Positions 24,216 to 36,439 of a DNA stretch of 64,000 nucleotides are shown here, one piece after another. The DNA comes from Marsupella aquatica (Eukaryota > Plantae > Marchantiophyta). Location of the stretch: positions 31,055,802 through 31,119,801 of the forward strand of contig OZ316892.1 in NCBI GenBank assembly GCA_973895155.1. The letters are read 5' to 3'. Each line of letters starts with the position of its first letter. Within the stretch, counting starts at the first letter, position 1. The position numbers and the translations under genes were made by a program. A model generated the notes under the pieces. The model was given only the letters and a program-made list of their open reading frames with translations, ran no database searches and was not told the DNA's origin.

Positions 24216-25250
24216 CTAGCCCGGCCCGATGCCCGTTTTAGGGTAGCACAAAAGATGTCCAGGAGAGATGTATAGGAGAGAAAAACTGTTGAGGTCAGCA
24301 AAAGATGTTGAGGTGATAGACGATGTCGAGGAGAGGAAAGATGTCAAGGTGATATTTAAAAGAATGTCCAAGTGAGAAACATATGTCCAAGAGAGAAAAG
24401 ATGTTGAGGAGAGAAATAGATGCTGAGGTGAGACAAAAAATTGAAGAGATAAAATATGTCTAGGTGAACAAAAGATGTTGAGGAGAGAAACGTGTGCAAA
24501 GGAGAGTTTAGGGTGTTGAGAAGAAAAAGATGCAAAGCAGAGCAACAGATTTTGAGGTGAGAAATAAACTTGACACTTTTTCCACCCTTACCCGTGGCAG
24601 GAAGGGGCAAGATAAAGCCTCTCCCTCCCTCTTTTCCCATCCATGTGCCCCCCTTCCCCTTTCTCCTTGCCCCTGCCCCTCTTTGTTTTGCTTCCAAGGC
24701 TCTTCCAAGGCTTTGTTTGGGACGATAAAAGTCAATTTTTGTAAGACAATTTAGTTTAGGGTGTGAAAACCCATACTAATATTTGTCATAGTTTATGGGT
24801 GTGAAAATGTCATCATTTTGGCACAATATATATATACAAATAGCCCAATGCCTGTGCGTTGCACAAAATTAAGATGTTGAGGTGAGGAAAGATATCGAGG
24901 AAAGATGTTGAGATGAGACAATGACGTTGAGGTGCGGAAAAGATGTCGAGGAGAGAAAAATGTCACAAAATGCTATTAAGGTGAGGAAATCATGTCCATG
25001 TTAGAAAAATGTGAAAATGAGAATATGATGTTGAGTTGAGTCAAAGATGCCAAAGAGAAAATATGTCAAGAAGAGAAAATATATGAAGGTGAGAAAATGA
25101 TGTCGAGGTGATAAAAGATGTTTCTAGGAGAGAAAAGGTGTAAAGGAGAGGATCGCGCGATGTCTAGGTGAGAAAAAGATGTCAATGTGAGATTGAAAAG
25201 AACATTGTTTTTTATAATGTGATTTGAAAATATGACATATATATAAACAC
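24216..25250 (-). mobile_element. two tandem non-autonomous Helitron-like units with purine-rich ~20-bp degenerate internal repeats
   Basis: Minus strand reads ACGGGCATCGGGCCGGGCTAG|T ending at 24216 and GTGCAACGCACAGGCATTGGGCTAT near 24840-24865, typical Helitron 3' hairpin/CTAG ends; both adjoin AAAGATGTYGAGGWGAG arrays. Confidence 0.6.
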
Positions 25251-25479
25251 ATTGCATTGCACATTTGTCATGACAACCATTTCATTGTTACAACTATTCC
25301 ATTGTTACAACCATTTATCACTCTGGCCATTTTTGTGGTTGGGGCCATTTTATTCTTAAGGCCGTTGTGTCTTTTGGTCAATAAGGTTATTGCAATAAAC
25401 AATTTAGGAATTGAATGTTAATGTAACTTGGAAAAAGTACTTTAAAGATGTATCAGCAATGATACATCATCAGCAAAGT

Positions 25480-28250
25480 AACTATATATGCACATTCTGG
25501 ACACCAATGGATGCGATGTTGACTCCTGAAATGGCTCCATGATCCACAGCCCGCTGTATGATTCTACTGAGGGCATCAATTGCAATAATGAAGAGGATTG
25601 GTGAAAGAGGACAGCCCTGTCGTACAGAGCGCCTCAACGAGAACGATGGGGCCATTATCCCCATTCAGCAACACTGCATTTTCTCCATCCAGCTTATAGA
25701 AAGCCTTGGCCACGTCCAGCTTCATAAGAATGTAGTGCAGTCCGGATGAGTCAGCATGATGAAGCAGCTCGCTGAGTAAGAGTAGTGAGTGATGGATGTT
25801 GCGTCCCCGGCAGAAAGGCAAATTGTTGTTGAGGTGAGATATGAAGCGTTGGAGAACAGGAATGAGCCTGAGCTGAACTGCCTTGGCCCCAATTTCGTAC
25901 AACACATTCAGAAGAGTAATGGGTCTCTTGTTGGAAAGCAGACGCTGGTCATTTTTCTTGCACAGCACAGCAAGACAAGAATCCCTCTATTGAATTCAGA
26001 GCTGAAAGTTTCCTCTCTCAGACCATGTGTAATGGCGCGCCTTGAGGAGAGACGGCCCGACTGTCTTCCAATTGGCCACAAAGAATTCAACAGGGACTCC
26101 ATCCGGGCCTGGACATTTGTTAGAGGCAAGAGCTCTGGCAGCTTTCTCCAATTCCTCAAGAGTCAAGGGCAAGTCCAAGGTTTAGGGTTCAGCACCATTA
26201 ATCCTGTCAATCTGCAAAGCAATAACCTGAGCAAGTTGGTCAGGGTGGATGGCACTAAACCCTAAACCCTCCTCCATCTCGCTCCATTCAGACACCAGTT
26301 GCCCATCCTTACGGAAAAGGCAGGGGATTTTGTTGCCCATTGCCATTCCTTCGAAAGATTTGAAATAAATGTTGCAACATTTATTACCATCCTCAATCCA
26401 TCTCGTTTGTAGTATAATGTCCTTCCACTCGGCACGCTCACCATCAAATTCATTAACAGTGGCCTGTGCATAGAGATCTTGTGGGTCCAACTCAAGACGC
26501 AGCTGTGCTTGGGCCAAGTTCCCTCGTAGAATCGACTCCCGTAGATGGCGCTCTGCAGCCCTCTCTTTGCCACAGCACCTGTCCACCTTCCTAGCAATAT
26601 TAAGACAATGAGATAGCGTGGCATCAGGTGTCAGCTCCTCCCGCTCCTCCTCCTCCTGTGCAATTCTATCTTGATATGCTGTCTGTAATTGATGTGCAGT
26701 ATTCATCCTGTGTCGAGAGAAACATTTTGTGGAAGTGAGCGGACGAATTGTTGCACAGACAGACAGGGTCATGGTGAGACAGAGAATGGAGAATTTACAG
26801 TTCAGCTCCTTTGGTAGTACTGTCAATTCTTCTGATAATCCGATCCCCCCCTACGGCTACTAGCCTGAGTCCGAGTTTTGTGACGGTGCCTCCTCTTACT
26901 GGCCCAGCTGAATTTCAAGTGCGTCGGTTGCTGCAGGAAAGTAAAGTATCCTCTAAATGGAATCTCCTCTTCAGGTGACGCCAGGCTCTCAATTCACTTC
27001 CAGCGACGATGCTGGTGGTTCTTTAGGGTCTTTCCTGCCCTTAATCATGTCATTTTGATACCCCCCATGAAAATCCATTTGCTAGACGGGTCCAGCAGAT
27101 TAAAGAGTTCCTGCCGGAGATCAGTTCTCTCCCTGGGTGTGTTTGGCCCATATACACCTAGGATTCCAATCCTCTCGAAAGTGGCATGGTTGATGCAAAC
27201 CCATACAGCCCGTGTGCTGGCAAGACCCCATTCACCGGTAAGAAGCCGAGTTGATCTTTACTAGAAAAAAATTGGAAACTTCATACATTGTCATTCCTCG
27301 ACGGGTTGAGTGCGAATGAACGATTGGAGTGTGACAAGTATAGGGCTGGCGTCTGGTCGTCTACAAGGTTTAGGATTTGGGGTGGATGATCCTTGGAAGC
27401 CTTTACCGTGTCATTGTTGATTCATTTGTTTGGTGTTCTTCTCTTCCGGAGCGGAGGTGTGTTGAGCAGCTGGCCGTAGTGGACAATCGTGTGGTAGGCA
27501 TTCAAGCGGCTGTCCACTCCACCGTTGTGGGCACGGGCATTGGAAGCTACCACGCTGCACCGAAGCGTGGACAATTTAGGTGAATGATGGAAGGACGTCG
27601 TCATGAAGCGCAAGGTAGGATCAGGGTGTGCAGCTCCGGGGCCAGCAAAGAAGGCTCGATCCGCTGAGTCATTTCAGGAAGTTTAGGGTCTAGAAGATAG
27701 AGTGGAGCACAGAAGGGCGACGTGCCAGGGTTGTGCATGAAGAAAACAAAAGATGACATGGAGAGCATCGGCCCCGAGGGTTATAGAGCGTTTGGGGTGA
27801 CGAGGATGACAGGCACTCCCACCTTTTAGAGGTTGGATTCCAAATCAGAGCGGAGTCCCCCGAGGCGAACTAGTGCTGCCCAGCCTAATCACAACATCGA
27901 TATTGAGAGGAGTCCGACAACCGAGTTGGAGGATAAGCAAGTCGATAGTTCTGATGGTGGAGGTGTTGCACCCAGTTTATGACGGTATGAAAGTCGTTGC
28001 GAGAACCGATGAGTGTCCGGCAGTAACAGAAGTGCAGGCGTCAAGCGATTACTTTTCTCTGCCTAGGGAGATGGGTGCCTACCTGAGTTTAGGGTAGTCG
28101 GTGAAGCGGATAAGATTCAGCACCAGTTGCAAGAAGCTTGAACGCGAGAGGGTTTAGGGTTTAGAGCTAAGGACGTCGGGAATGATGCGCTGATGAATAA
28201 AATTGTTATCATGGCAGAGGAGCAACTTGAACTGTAGGAAAAGGTTAAAG
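25480..28250 (-). mobile_element. degraded L1-like LINE (ORF1 remnant, endonuclease, RT), 3'-truncated
   Basis: Frameshifted fragments RWIEDGNKC, PLTLEELEKA..KCPGPDGVPVEFF, RPITLLNVLY, MKLDVAKA, SVRQGCPLSPILF, FADD-like at the end. Confidence 0.88.
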
Positions 28251-29639
28251 ATTTAGGAGGAAAGGTTTCTGAGGTGTCGGGCTACGGCAGATTACTTCTT
28301 CGAATAGTTAGTAACGTATAACGGGTTATGAGTCCTTTAAGTAGCAGGTAAAGTCTGTCTGTCATGGGTTGTGCGTAGATCCCTTTTGTGGAGTTGCTCA
28401 GTGACCATGGCAGTTCCCACCCACACTATTGCTGGTGTGACTGTAATTCCATTTGTGCTGTAATGATGTTTGGGAGTCACCGGTTTTTTGCGACTGTGTT
28501 CTGCTGTGTCACCCTGTGTCGACATGACTACTTTCGGGAGGCACACTTGTGTTGTAGACTTCTACAAAGGTGGGATACACTCCAAAACTTCCATTCTGCG
28601 ATGTGCACAATGTGAAATAGAAGAGGAGAGGTACGCCCAGCAGCTGAAACTCATTTTTGCTATGAACTCATTATTTAACCACCCCCGTCGACCCTGAGCG
28701 ACGCTCGCCCGAAAAGCCCGTGGCTCCCCGCACGTTTTATTTATGTAGGATAGGATAACGCATCCCGAAAGGGTTGTGAGCTGGAGGGGTGTTTTGCAGC
28801 CCATCATCCACGTGAGGGTTCCATATGGTATTTAAGAAACATTTGCCTCACTTCTATATATGGACTTTACTGTGTTGTGAGGATGGGCCTAGCAAATTTC
28901 TGCCTATAAATTCCATACCAACATCTTATTGCTAATCTGAGCATTGTACCCGAGTTGTATTCAGATAAAGAGATGGATATATGGTTTAGGGTTAACGGTT
29001 GGGGGGCGCGGTGTGGAGGGCGCGATTGGGGGGCTTAGTGTGATGGGAGGGTGTGGTGCTGTTGTAACCTGGGTCGAAATTAGGACCTTGACCTTGTGTG
29101 TTTACAACGGAACCCTAAGTTGGGTTCGCCTTGTGTGTCTTGGTCAATGAACACATTCCCCCGGTAAATGCCAAAAATTTGCAATGGCCAAGTACAAGTT
29201 TTGAAATTGCAAATGGTCTGCAAAGAAAACGCTCAAATGCTCGGCAAACAGTACTCCTTCTTGAGATCAAAAGTCGTAGCCTGTGACGCCGCCGGTACGG
29301 CGGTTAATGAGTGATTCAGTCTAACTGCGCTCGGCACGCGCGTTAGGTGGGTCTTAGGCCGCTATTATTAGCATAATGACAGTATTTAGGTAATCATTAG
29401 GGGTAGGACATCATTAGGCAATAAGGGGGACCTCAGGTTCGGGCTGGCGGCGGGTCGCTATTCGCACACCCGGGTTATGAGCATGGAGTGGCCCCTCCCT
29501 CGGGTCCGTATAACGAACTTAAGGAAGCGGCCACTGACGCACGCTGACTCAGACCGATGGAGTGGCCGGTACACCACAAGCGTGAGCGGTTCAACCTATG
29601 GGCGTCGAGGAGACGTCGGGGATCGACAAGCCCTCAAAG

Positions 29640-29646
29640 TATAAAA
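29640..29646 (+). promoter_or_regulatory. TATA box (TATAAAA) of the 5' LTR
   Basis: Canonical TATAAAAGGGG, 108 bp upstream of the LTR-ORF ATG; identical copy at 39761-39767. Confidence 0.7.
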
Positions 29647-29747
29647 GGGGAGCCAACCCTTTGTAGTGCACCAGTCCATCAGTCCACGCGCCAGCTTCGA
29701 CCCCAGCTCTCTCGTTCTATCTAGGTCGCCACTACTATCTCCTCTGA

Positions 29748-32408
29748 ATGTCGCACACGATCCTCTCCAGCTCGGCCATTCGATTCTGGACGCAGTTCCT
29801 ATCTACCGGAAGGCACTTGGCCGATTCATTGAAACACGCCAACCCGCGCCGATACGAGATCGAACGCGAATACGAGAGAGCCATCCGCCTAGCAGGACGA
29901 CACCACTACGTCCTTAACTTTGACTACCCGTCTCAGAGCGAGCTTTACCGACCAGCTGAGGTATCTGGGTACTTCTTTGACGGAGACAAATATATCGGGT
30001 TCTGGGAAGCATTGCTTCGGCTTCCGGACGAGGTCTTCAATATCCCGGGTACAATCGACCTGCAGCGACATCACTTCGACCACATCCCTGCCCAGGTTCG
30101 GGCAGTCATTAACGGCGAGTCCAGTACCAACCGTTCGACAAGGGCGTCCGCACTCGCTTCGGAGAACTTCTACCAGCACCTACAGAGCTTCATGGGAACT
30201 CGGCCATCAACCAACATGACCAACTCAGCCGGACCCGTACCCGTACCCGTACCCGTACCCATACCCGTACCCGTGCCCATGCAACCTCAGCTTCAGCTTC
30301 AGCCTCAGCCGCAGCCTAGCCAAACCCCACCACCTATCACCCAGCCAGCACAGGTACGCTCCGTCATCAACGCGGTGGATCTTAGCGATGACGACGAGGC
30401 TACCCCACCCTTGACCAGGCGGCCCAGAGGAACAAGCGCTCGGGGGGCCGACACTATACCGTCCCCACCCCCTGCTCTGACCCCAGGAGCGGCCCCAGCA
30501 GACAACATGGTGACCGTGGCCGCCCCGGGCCCGTTACCAACCGCAGTGGCACTCCCCAGGCCCGATCGGGAGGATGGGGAAGTATCACCTTCCCCGAGTC
30601 AGTCACGGGGAAAGAAGAGAAAGGAATCCGCCAGTGCATCCGGGTTACCGTTAGCCACGGTAGCCGTAGCCAAGGTAACGATGCATCGCATGGGGGAAAA
30701 CGTTCACAGCAACATCCTCCATCCCAAGCATGCGGTGTACCTGAAGACTCAGGGATTTGAGCACCTCGCCTCTCTCCCCTGGAACACTTGCAGGTACTAC
30801 GGGGAGGACATGACAGAATTCGTCAAGAATTATGACGACGTACGTCAACAGACTCGGCTGCGGGGAAGGAATATGTCCCTCACAGAAGAACGGCTCAAGA
30901 TGATCTTCGGGTTACCCGAAGGTGACCATCGAGTCGAATCACGGGCTCCCGGGGGCAAGGGGGCCAAGTACCAATCTTCAAGTTTTCCCTCAGAGGGATC
31001 AGTAGACAACGGGTTCGTGATGAGGACCTGCCTCATGCCCGAGATAGCTGAGCGGCTGGAGTTCCAGAGGTACGCTCTCCACTTGATGGAACCCCGGGGG
31101 GAGATCTCCGCCGCCCAGGTCATCCAGGTCGAGAACTATCGACCTAGGAAGTGGGCGTCGTACTTCGCTAAGAAATTCCATGAAGAGATGGAGCGACGAA
31201 GGAAGACGCTGTACATTGGCGGGAAGGCGTATTTCGCTAGCCACATCGAAATCATTCTTGAGTGGTATGCCCGGTTTGATCGACGAACCCTTCCCCGCAT
31301 CAACGTTACAAAGCTGGTCCCAGCTAGGTGGGTTTTTCCGGCATTGGAGAGACGGCCCCAACCCGAGGCCCGAAGTCCAGTGGACACGCCAGCTTCACCC
31401 ACCCCACCTCCACAAATAGCTGTAATTGTAACCGAGGAGGCGCCGGAGGGGTCGGTCGTCGCAACCGTTGATGCGACCCAACTAGTCGGGCTAAGTACAG
31501 AAGTTGGTACGGCAGAGGTCTTACCCGAACCCGGGTCTCCCAAGGACCCGCCGGTGGCAATTCCGGAGAACCGGACATCGCTGCAGGAGGATACTCCGGC
31601 CCCTTCCAACGTTATGTCCCCAGGGCTGGACGTCACTGCCCCGGCCCCTGCGCGTGTTGATGTCTGCCCGTGCCCAAATCCGGACAGGCACAACTTGGAC
31701 CACCCGGAACTCTTCGTACAGGGTACGTTTCTGAACGGGCTTCTGGGAGATTTCTCTCATCAAATTGCCCGGGATACCGGGGAGTTCATGGCTCGGAAGG
31801 TAGCCTGTTTCTTCAATCAGGAGTTGGTTGCCGCCGTAAAGGCAGGGCGGGCCCAGTCGGAGGCCCTTCAGAGGATAGAGCGGTACCGGGAGGAGTCCGT
31901 GTACCTAAAGAACGAAGTGGCGGCTCAAGAGGCTGAGCTTCTGCAACTATGACCCAAGGTTGCAGCCGCCGATGAGTTGTTAGCAAAGGCGTACGCTCTT
32001 ACCGCCCTAGCCGAACAGGCCAAAGCTGGGAACGAGGCCAAGATTACACGACTCCGGAACCAGATTGACAGTTTGAAGAAACAAGCTGTCACCTGGCAGA
32101 AAGACCTGGAGGAGGCCGAGGAGCGAGCCCAGCGGGACGCGACGGAGATAGCCACGCTGCAGGCCGAGATGGCGCGGCTCCAAATCGAGGCCGAGAAGCA
32201 GGACCAGCTGGCGAGTAAACTGGCGAGCGACGCCCAGCAGCTGGAGGAGGCATGTCAGGAGGCAGCAGAGGAGACGGACGTGGCGAGGCGAGAGAATGAA
32301 TCTCTGCTGGACCAGGTCCAGCTCCTCAAAGCGGACAATGACAGGCTTCGAAGGCAGCGGGATGGCCGTTCCCATTCGGGCGGCTCTGGCAAGCGTGCCA
32401 GGCATTAG
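29748..32408 (+). pseudogene. 5'-LTR copy of the LTR-encoded ORF with one nonsense mutation
   Basis: Colinear with 39869-42529; CGA>TGA at 31950-31952 splits it into 734-aa and 143-aa ORFs. Confidence 0.93.
30234..30318 (+). repeat. coding hexamer microsatellites (CCCGTA)n and (CAGCYT)n encoding PV and QP/QL linkers
   Basis: Directly visible; second copy at about 40355-40439. Confidence 0.85.
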
Positions 32409-33322
32409 CGGCGGAGTAGGAATAGATTAGGATTAGGATTGGCTTAGTCAGGCTCTTGGGACAGGCACCTGCCTTAGGTACGGCAGCGCTGCCCTGCTGT
32501 CCAGCCTGCGTAGATTATGATCTTCTAATAAGACACAGCCGTTTTCCGGCCTGACTGTCAGCTTAGTTAGGACCTTGGTCAGCGAATCTTCGGCGGGAGG
32601 ACGCCCCGTTCCTCGGCTCTTAGTATTTAGTGCACCCCTCGGTAGAGGCAGGGGGGGGGGTTTTTAGTTTCAGAGTCGGACATCCGCGGGACATGCGGGG
32701 AGTCCCGACCTCTAGGAATGACAGAGTACCAAGGGGAGGGGGTAGGACTAAGCTTGTCGGGCGAGTGCGGAGCCGGGCTCCGTTGTAGTGTGCACCCTTG
32801 GCCTTGAACCTGTGCATTCCAGGGCTGTCGTGTCAACTAAGTGTACGCATATGTTCCCTTTGTAGTAAAAATCCTTTCCCATCATTTTTCCTTCGTGTAA
32901 ATCGAGATTGTATGCATGTGTGCGCATATGTGTGTGGGTTTCTCGTATATGGGTGGCAGCGCCGGGCCGAACGCACTACCCGAGACGTGCACAGGGTGCA
33001 GCCTGCGGGTAAGTGGTTGCGAGCACGGGTTGAGGACCTGTATCATCGAATCCGGATCGAAGGCGGACAGCACGAAGGCTTAGAAGCCCTTAAGCCGGGG
33101 TCGATCCTGCTATCGACTAAGGTACGTTCCGGCGGCGGAACACAAACCATACCTAGGAGGTGTCCGTATTTAGCAGTATGCGCACTTAGCGCTAGTTTAC
33201 GAGAATAAGGTGCATTACGTACTTCCCTTCCTGCCCGAACCCTCAGATTTACGAGGGATGTGCCCGTCTAAGCTGAAGTCTGAGTTAAGGCCGAAGCCTA
33301 CGACGTGACATAGCCTTTGTTT

Positions 33323-33340
33323 TGGCGCTAGATGGAGGGG
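33323..33340 (+). promoter_or_regulatory. primer binding site TGGCGCTAGATGGAGGGG
   Basis: TGG-initiated 18-mer 12 nt after the 5' LTR; cognate tRNA not determined. Confidence 0.75.
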
Positions 33341-33433
33341 GCACTCTACATATCGTAGAGGGGAGACATGTGCGTATTCACCTAGGCAGGATACATCAGG
33401 ACGTAGTACTAACCATTGCATTTATATGAGTAA

Positions 33434-36400
33434 ATGCCCGTCACTCGTTCTCAAGCAGCTTACTTGAGGAGATTGACCAGCGAACGAGAAAGTGCAACCA
33501 CAACAAGCTCCGACTCGTCGGGCTCGGAGGACTCGCAATCGTCCCGACGTATGAACATACCCCCGGGATCTTCGGGGTCCGGTTCGACCGGCCCTGCTGC
33601 GGTTCCACCACCACCACCACCACCACCACCACCTATGGCAGCCGCTCCACCGGTGGCCCGCGCTGCTCAGGCGCCTCCACAAATATCGCAACGATCGCGA
33701 TTTCATTATCGACCTTTCAAAGGGCGTCATGGGGATGATCCGGATGAATGGTTGGATGAGTTTGAAGCCACTACTAAAGCTAATGGGGAAGACGCCATTA
33801 AGCTAACCGTCCTCCCGGGAGTAATGCGGGGAGAAGCTCGTCCATGGTACAACTCGTTACCACCCGGGACTACCTGGGCACAATTCCAAGCTGCATTGCT
33901 GCAGGAGTTTCGTGCCATTGGATCAGAACAACGTTCTCTATTAAAGATTGGCCAGCTTCGCATGGGAAAAAAAGAGTCCCTGCGGAAGTTCATTCAGAAG
34001 TTTCAGAAACTTGCGGCCAAGATCCGGCACAGGCCAGGAGACGCGCTCCAGCTTACATGGTTCCTTCATGGTTTGCCCACGAATATGCAATTCTGGGTAC
34101 GCCAGAATAATCCAATTTCAATGCAGGCGGCCATAGCGTGCGCCGAAACTTACCGGGAGTCCACCTATAACTCCCGGCGGAGCCAGCGAGCACGCCGCAG
34201 GAAGGGTAAGTACGAAACCTTCAGTGACAGTGACTCCGAATCGGACGACAAGAGGAAGAAGAAACGGAAGAAGAAGAAGAAACGGAAGAAGAAGAAGAAA
34301 CATCGTTCGACCTCGTCCAGCTCTGAGACGGAATCCAGTTCGGATTCAGCTTCAAGCATCGGATCCTCTACCTCCAGTTCATCAGGAAGTGACTTGGAGA
34401 GCGAAAGCCGGAGCAAAAAGAAGAAGAGACGAGTGAAGAAGGAGGGGAAGATTAAACCCCGGGCGTGAAGAACGATACCAGATCCGAAGGCTGCCGAAGC
34501 AGACAAGCTGAACGAAATCACGGATCGACTCAAAGCACTGTCAGTACATCTTGCGGAGAAGCCGGTGGAGAAGAAGAAGCCATCTGAGATTCGAGCCCAT
34601 GCGTGGTGTTCAAAGTGCTTCCAATCCGGCCATGTGGTGCAGGAATGCCCAAGGTGGAAGAACCGAGTTCACCAAGTAGAGTTGGATGATGTTGACAACC
34701 TGGGCCCCGAATCGGAGTCCACGGAGTATTTCTTTGAGGACCCTCCTGATTCCGTGTACCAGATTTCAACGGTTGGTCCGCGTAATTTAGCGGGTAGAAC
34801 TGCGTACCCCTACCCAAGTAATGGCCGGAGTTTCCAGGTTATCAGTAACCCGAGCATCCCTCCTAAGCCAGGGATTTGGCGGTCCCCGGTTTGTTACAAC
34901 TGTGAAAAGTCAGGACACTTTGCGAGGGAATGCACCGAACCAAGACGTCAGGGAGATGGCCGAGGCACCCCACTATGTCAAGTTTGCAAAACGGAGGCTC
35001 ATTCCACGGCCAACTGTCCGTTGGTAATCGCTGCTCGAACGAGTGCGGCTAGACCAGTCACGAGCGATGCAGTCGTCCAAATGATTGCTGTAGAATGGCA
35101 AGATGACAACACCGAGTGGGTGAATCTGGTGGACGTGGCGGAACACCCTAATCCATTGGATGAGGCCGAGTGCTACCGAGTGTCGACAAGGGCCGAACGG
35201 AAGGAAGAAAAGACGGAGGAGAAACGGAGGAAAAAGCAAGATACTACTCCAGTGCAGCCAGCGATAAATATACCCCCGGAAAAGGACGATGACTACCGAC
35301 GGGACGACCCGAAGCTATTTTTCCCCCGCATCGAAGAATTGGTAAAGAAACAGCTGGAGGCTTACGAAGCTCGGGAATACCAGAAGGCAATCGATAAGGA
35401 CATCAAAGCAGCCGAGACAGCCCGGCGTCAGGAGCAAGAAAAGCAAGATAAACAAGAGGAAGCCAAGCAGCAGCCAACGAAAGAAACAAAGGAGGACTAT
35501 GATATTAAGGAGGACGTGAAGAGTTGCCCGGTTACAGCGACGGTGGGGCAACTGCTGCAGAACAACCCACAGTACAGACGACAACTGAGGGAGTTGCTCA
35601 TGGGTCACCGAAGGAGAAGACTACCCCGAGTTGGGAGTGCGGACTGCAACATGATATGCGAGGACCTTGGAGCGCCGGACATCTCGATCGAAATTAATAA
35701 CTGTACCATCAAGATGGTCCTTGTAGACGGAGGAGCGGGAGTCAACATCATGACTGAAGAAACGTCAGTCAAGTTAGGATACCTCACGTATCAACCCACG
35801 GCCCGAGCTATCAGATTAGCAAACGGGGCAAGGGTCCTCCCATTAGGCACGCTCACACGAGTGCTCACTCTGGTGGGAGGGGTAGAGTTCTATCTCAACT
35901 TCTTAGTCATGAGGCCGGTTTGTCCCTCCTCTTATCCGGTTCTTCTGGGCAGGCCGTGGCTGTACGGTGGCCGTGTAGTCACGGATTGGGGAAAGAAGGA
36001 GCTACGGTTCGGGGAACCCACCGTACGGGTATCCTGGGCAATGGACGATTATCAGGGAGAAACCCCACAAGGACCCGAGGAATATGATTCGGAGACCTCG
36101 GAGGAAGAGGAACTCAATATGATCGAACTCATCTCGTCCCTATCCGAGGAAGATGTCTTCGGAGTTGAAGCAACCCGAGAAACACATCTCCTAAATTACC
36201 CGAGGCTGCCATTGAGTCCACCCCAAGTACATCTACCGTCGGGGATGAGGAAACGCACGAACAACTCGTCGAGACGGAGGACACGGCTCCAGCTAAGCAG
36301 GGAGCCGTGGCTACTCCTTCCATTTCAGAGCCTTGTAACCATGAACCAGCCCAACAACCGCCTGAGGCCGAAAACTCGAGACCGAGACATAAAAAGCGAG

Positions 36401-36439
36401 TCTCATGGGATCCGTCCATTCCGCAATTGGAGGAAGTAA
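33434..36439 (+). CDS. gag: gag-protease, one in-frame TGA at 34466-34468
   Basis: MPVTRSQ start; capsid (PFKG..DPDEWL..MRGEARPWY); Lys/Ser-rich tract; three CCHC knuckles; protease LVDGGAGVNIM..LLGRPWL; ORFs 33434 and 34565 share a frame. Confidence 0.9.

Larger units (their letters stand above)
29282..33310 (+). repeat. 5' LTR (4029 bp)
   Basis: TGTGACG...CGTGACA; direct repeat of 39403-43429. Confidence 0.97.

Noticed and set aside
34466-34468. Programmed stop-codon readthrough in gag
   Set aside because: The stop lies before the nucleocapsid knuckles, lacks a CARYYA-type context and fits the local CGA>TGA decay pattern; cannot be fully excluded without other copies
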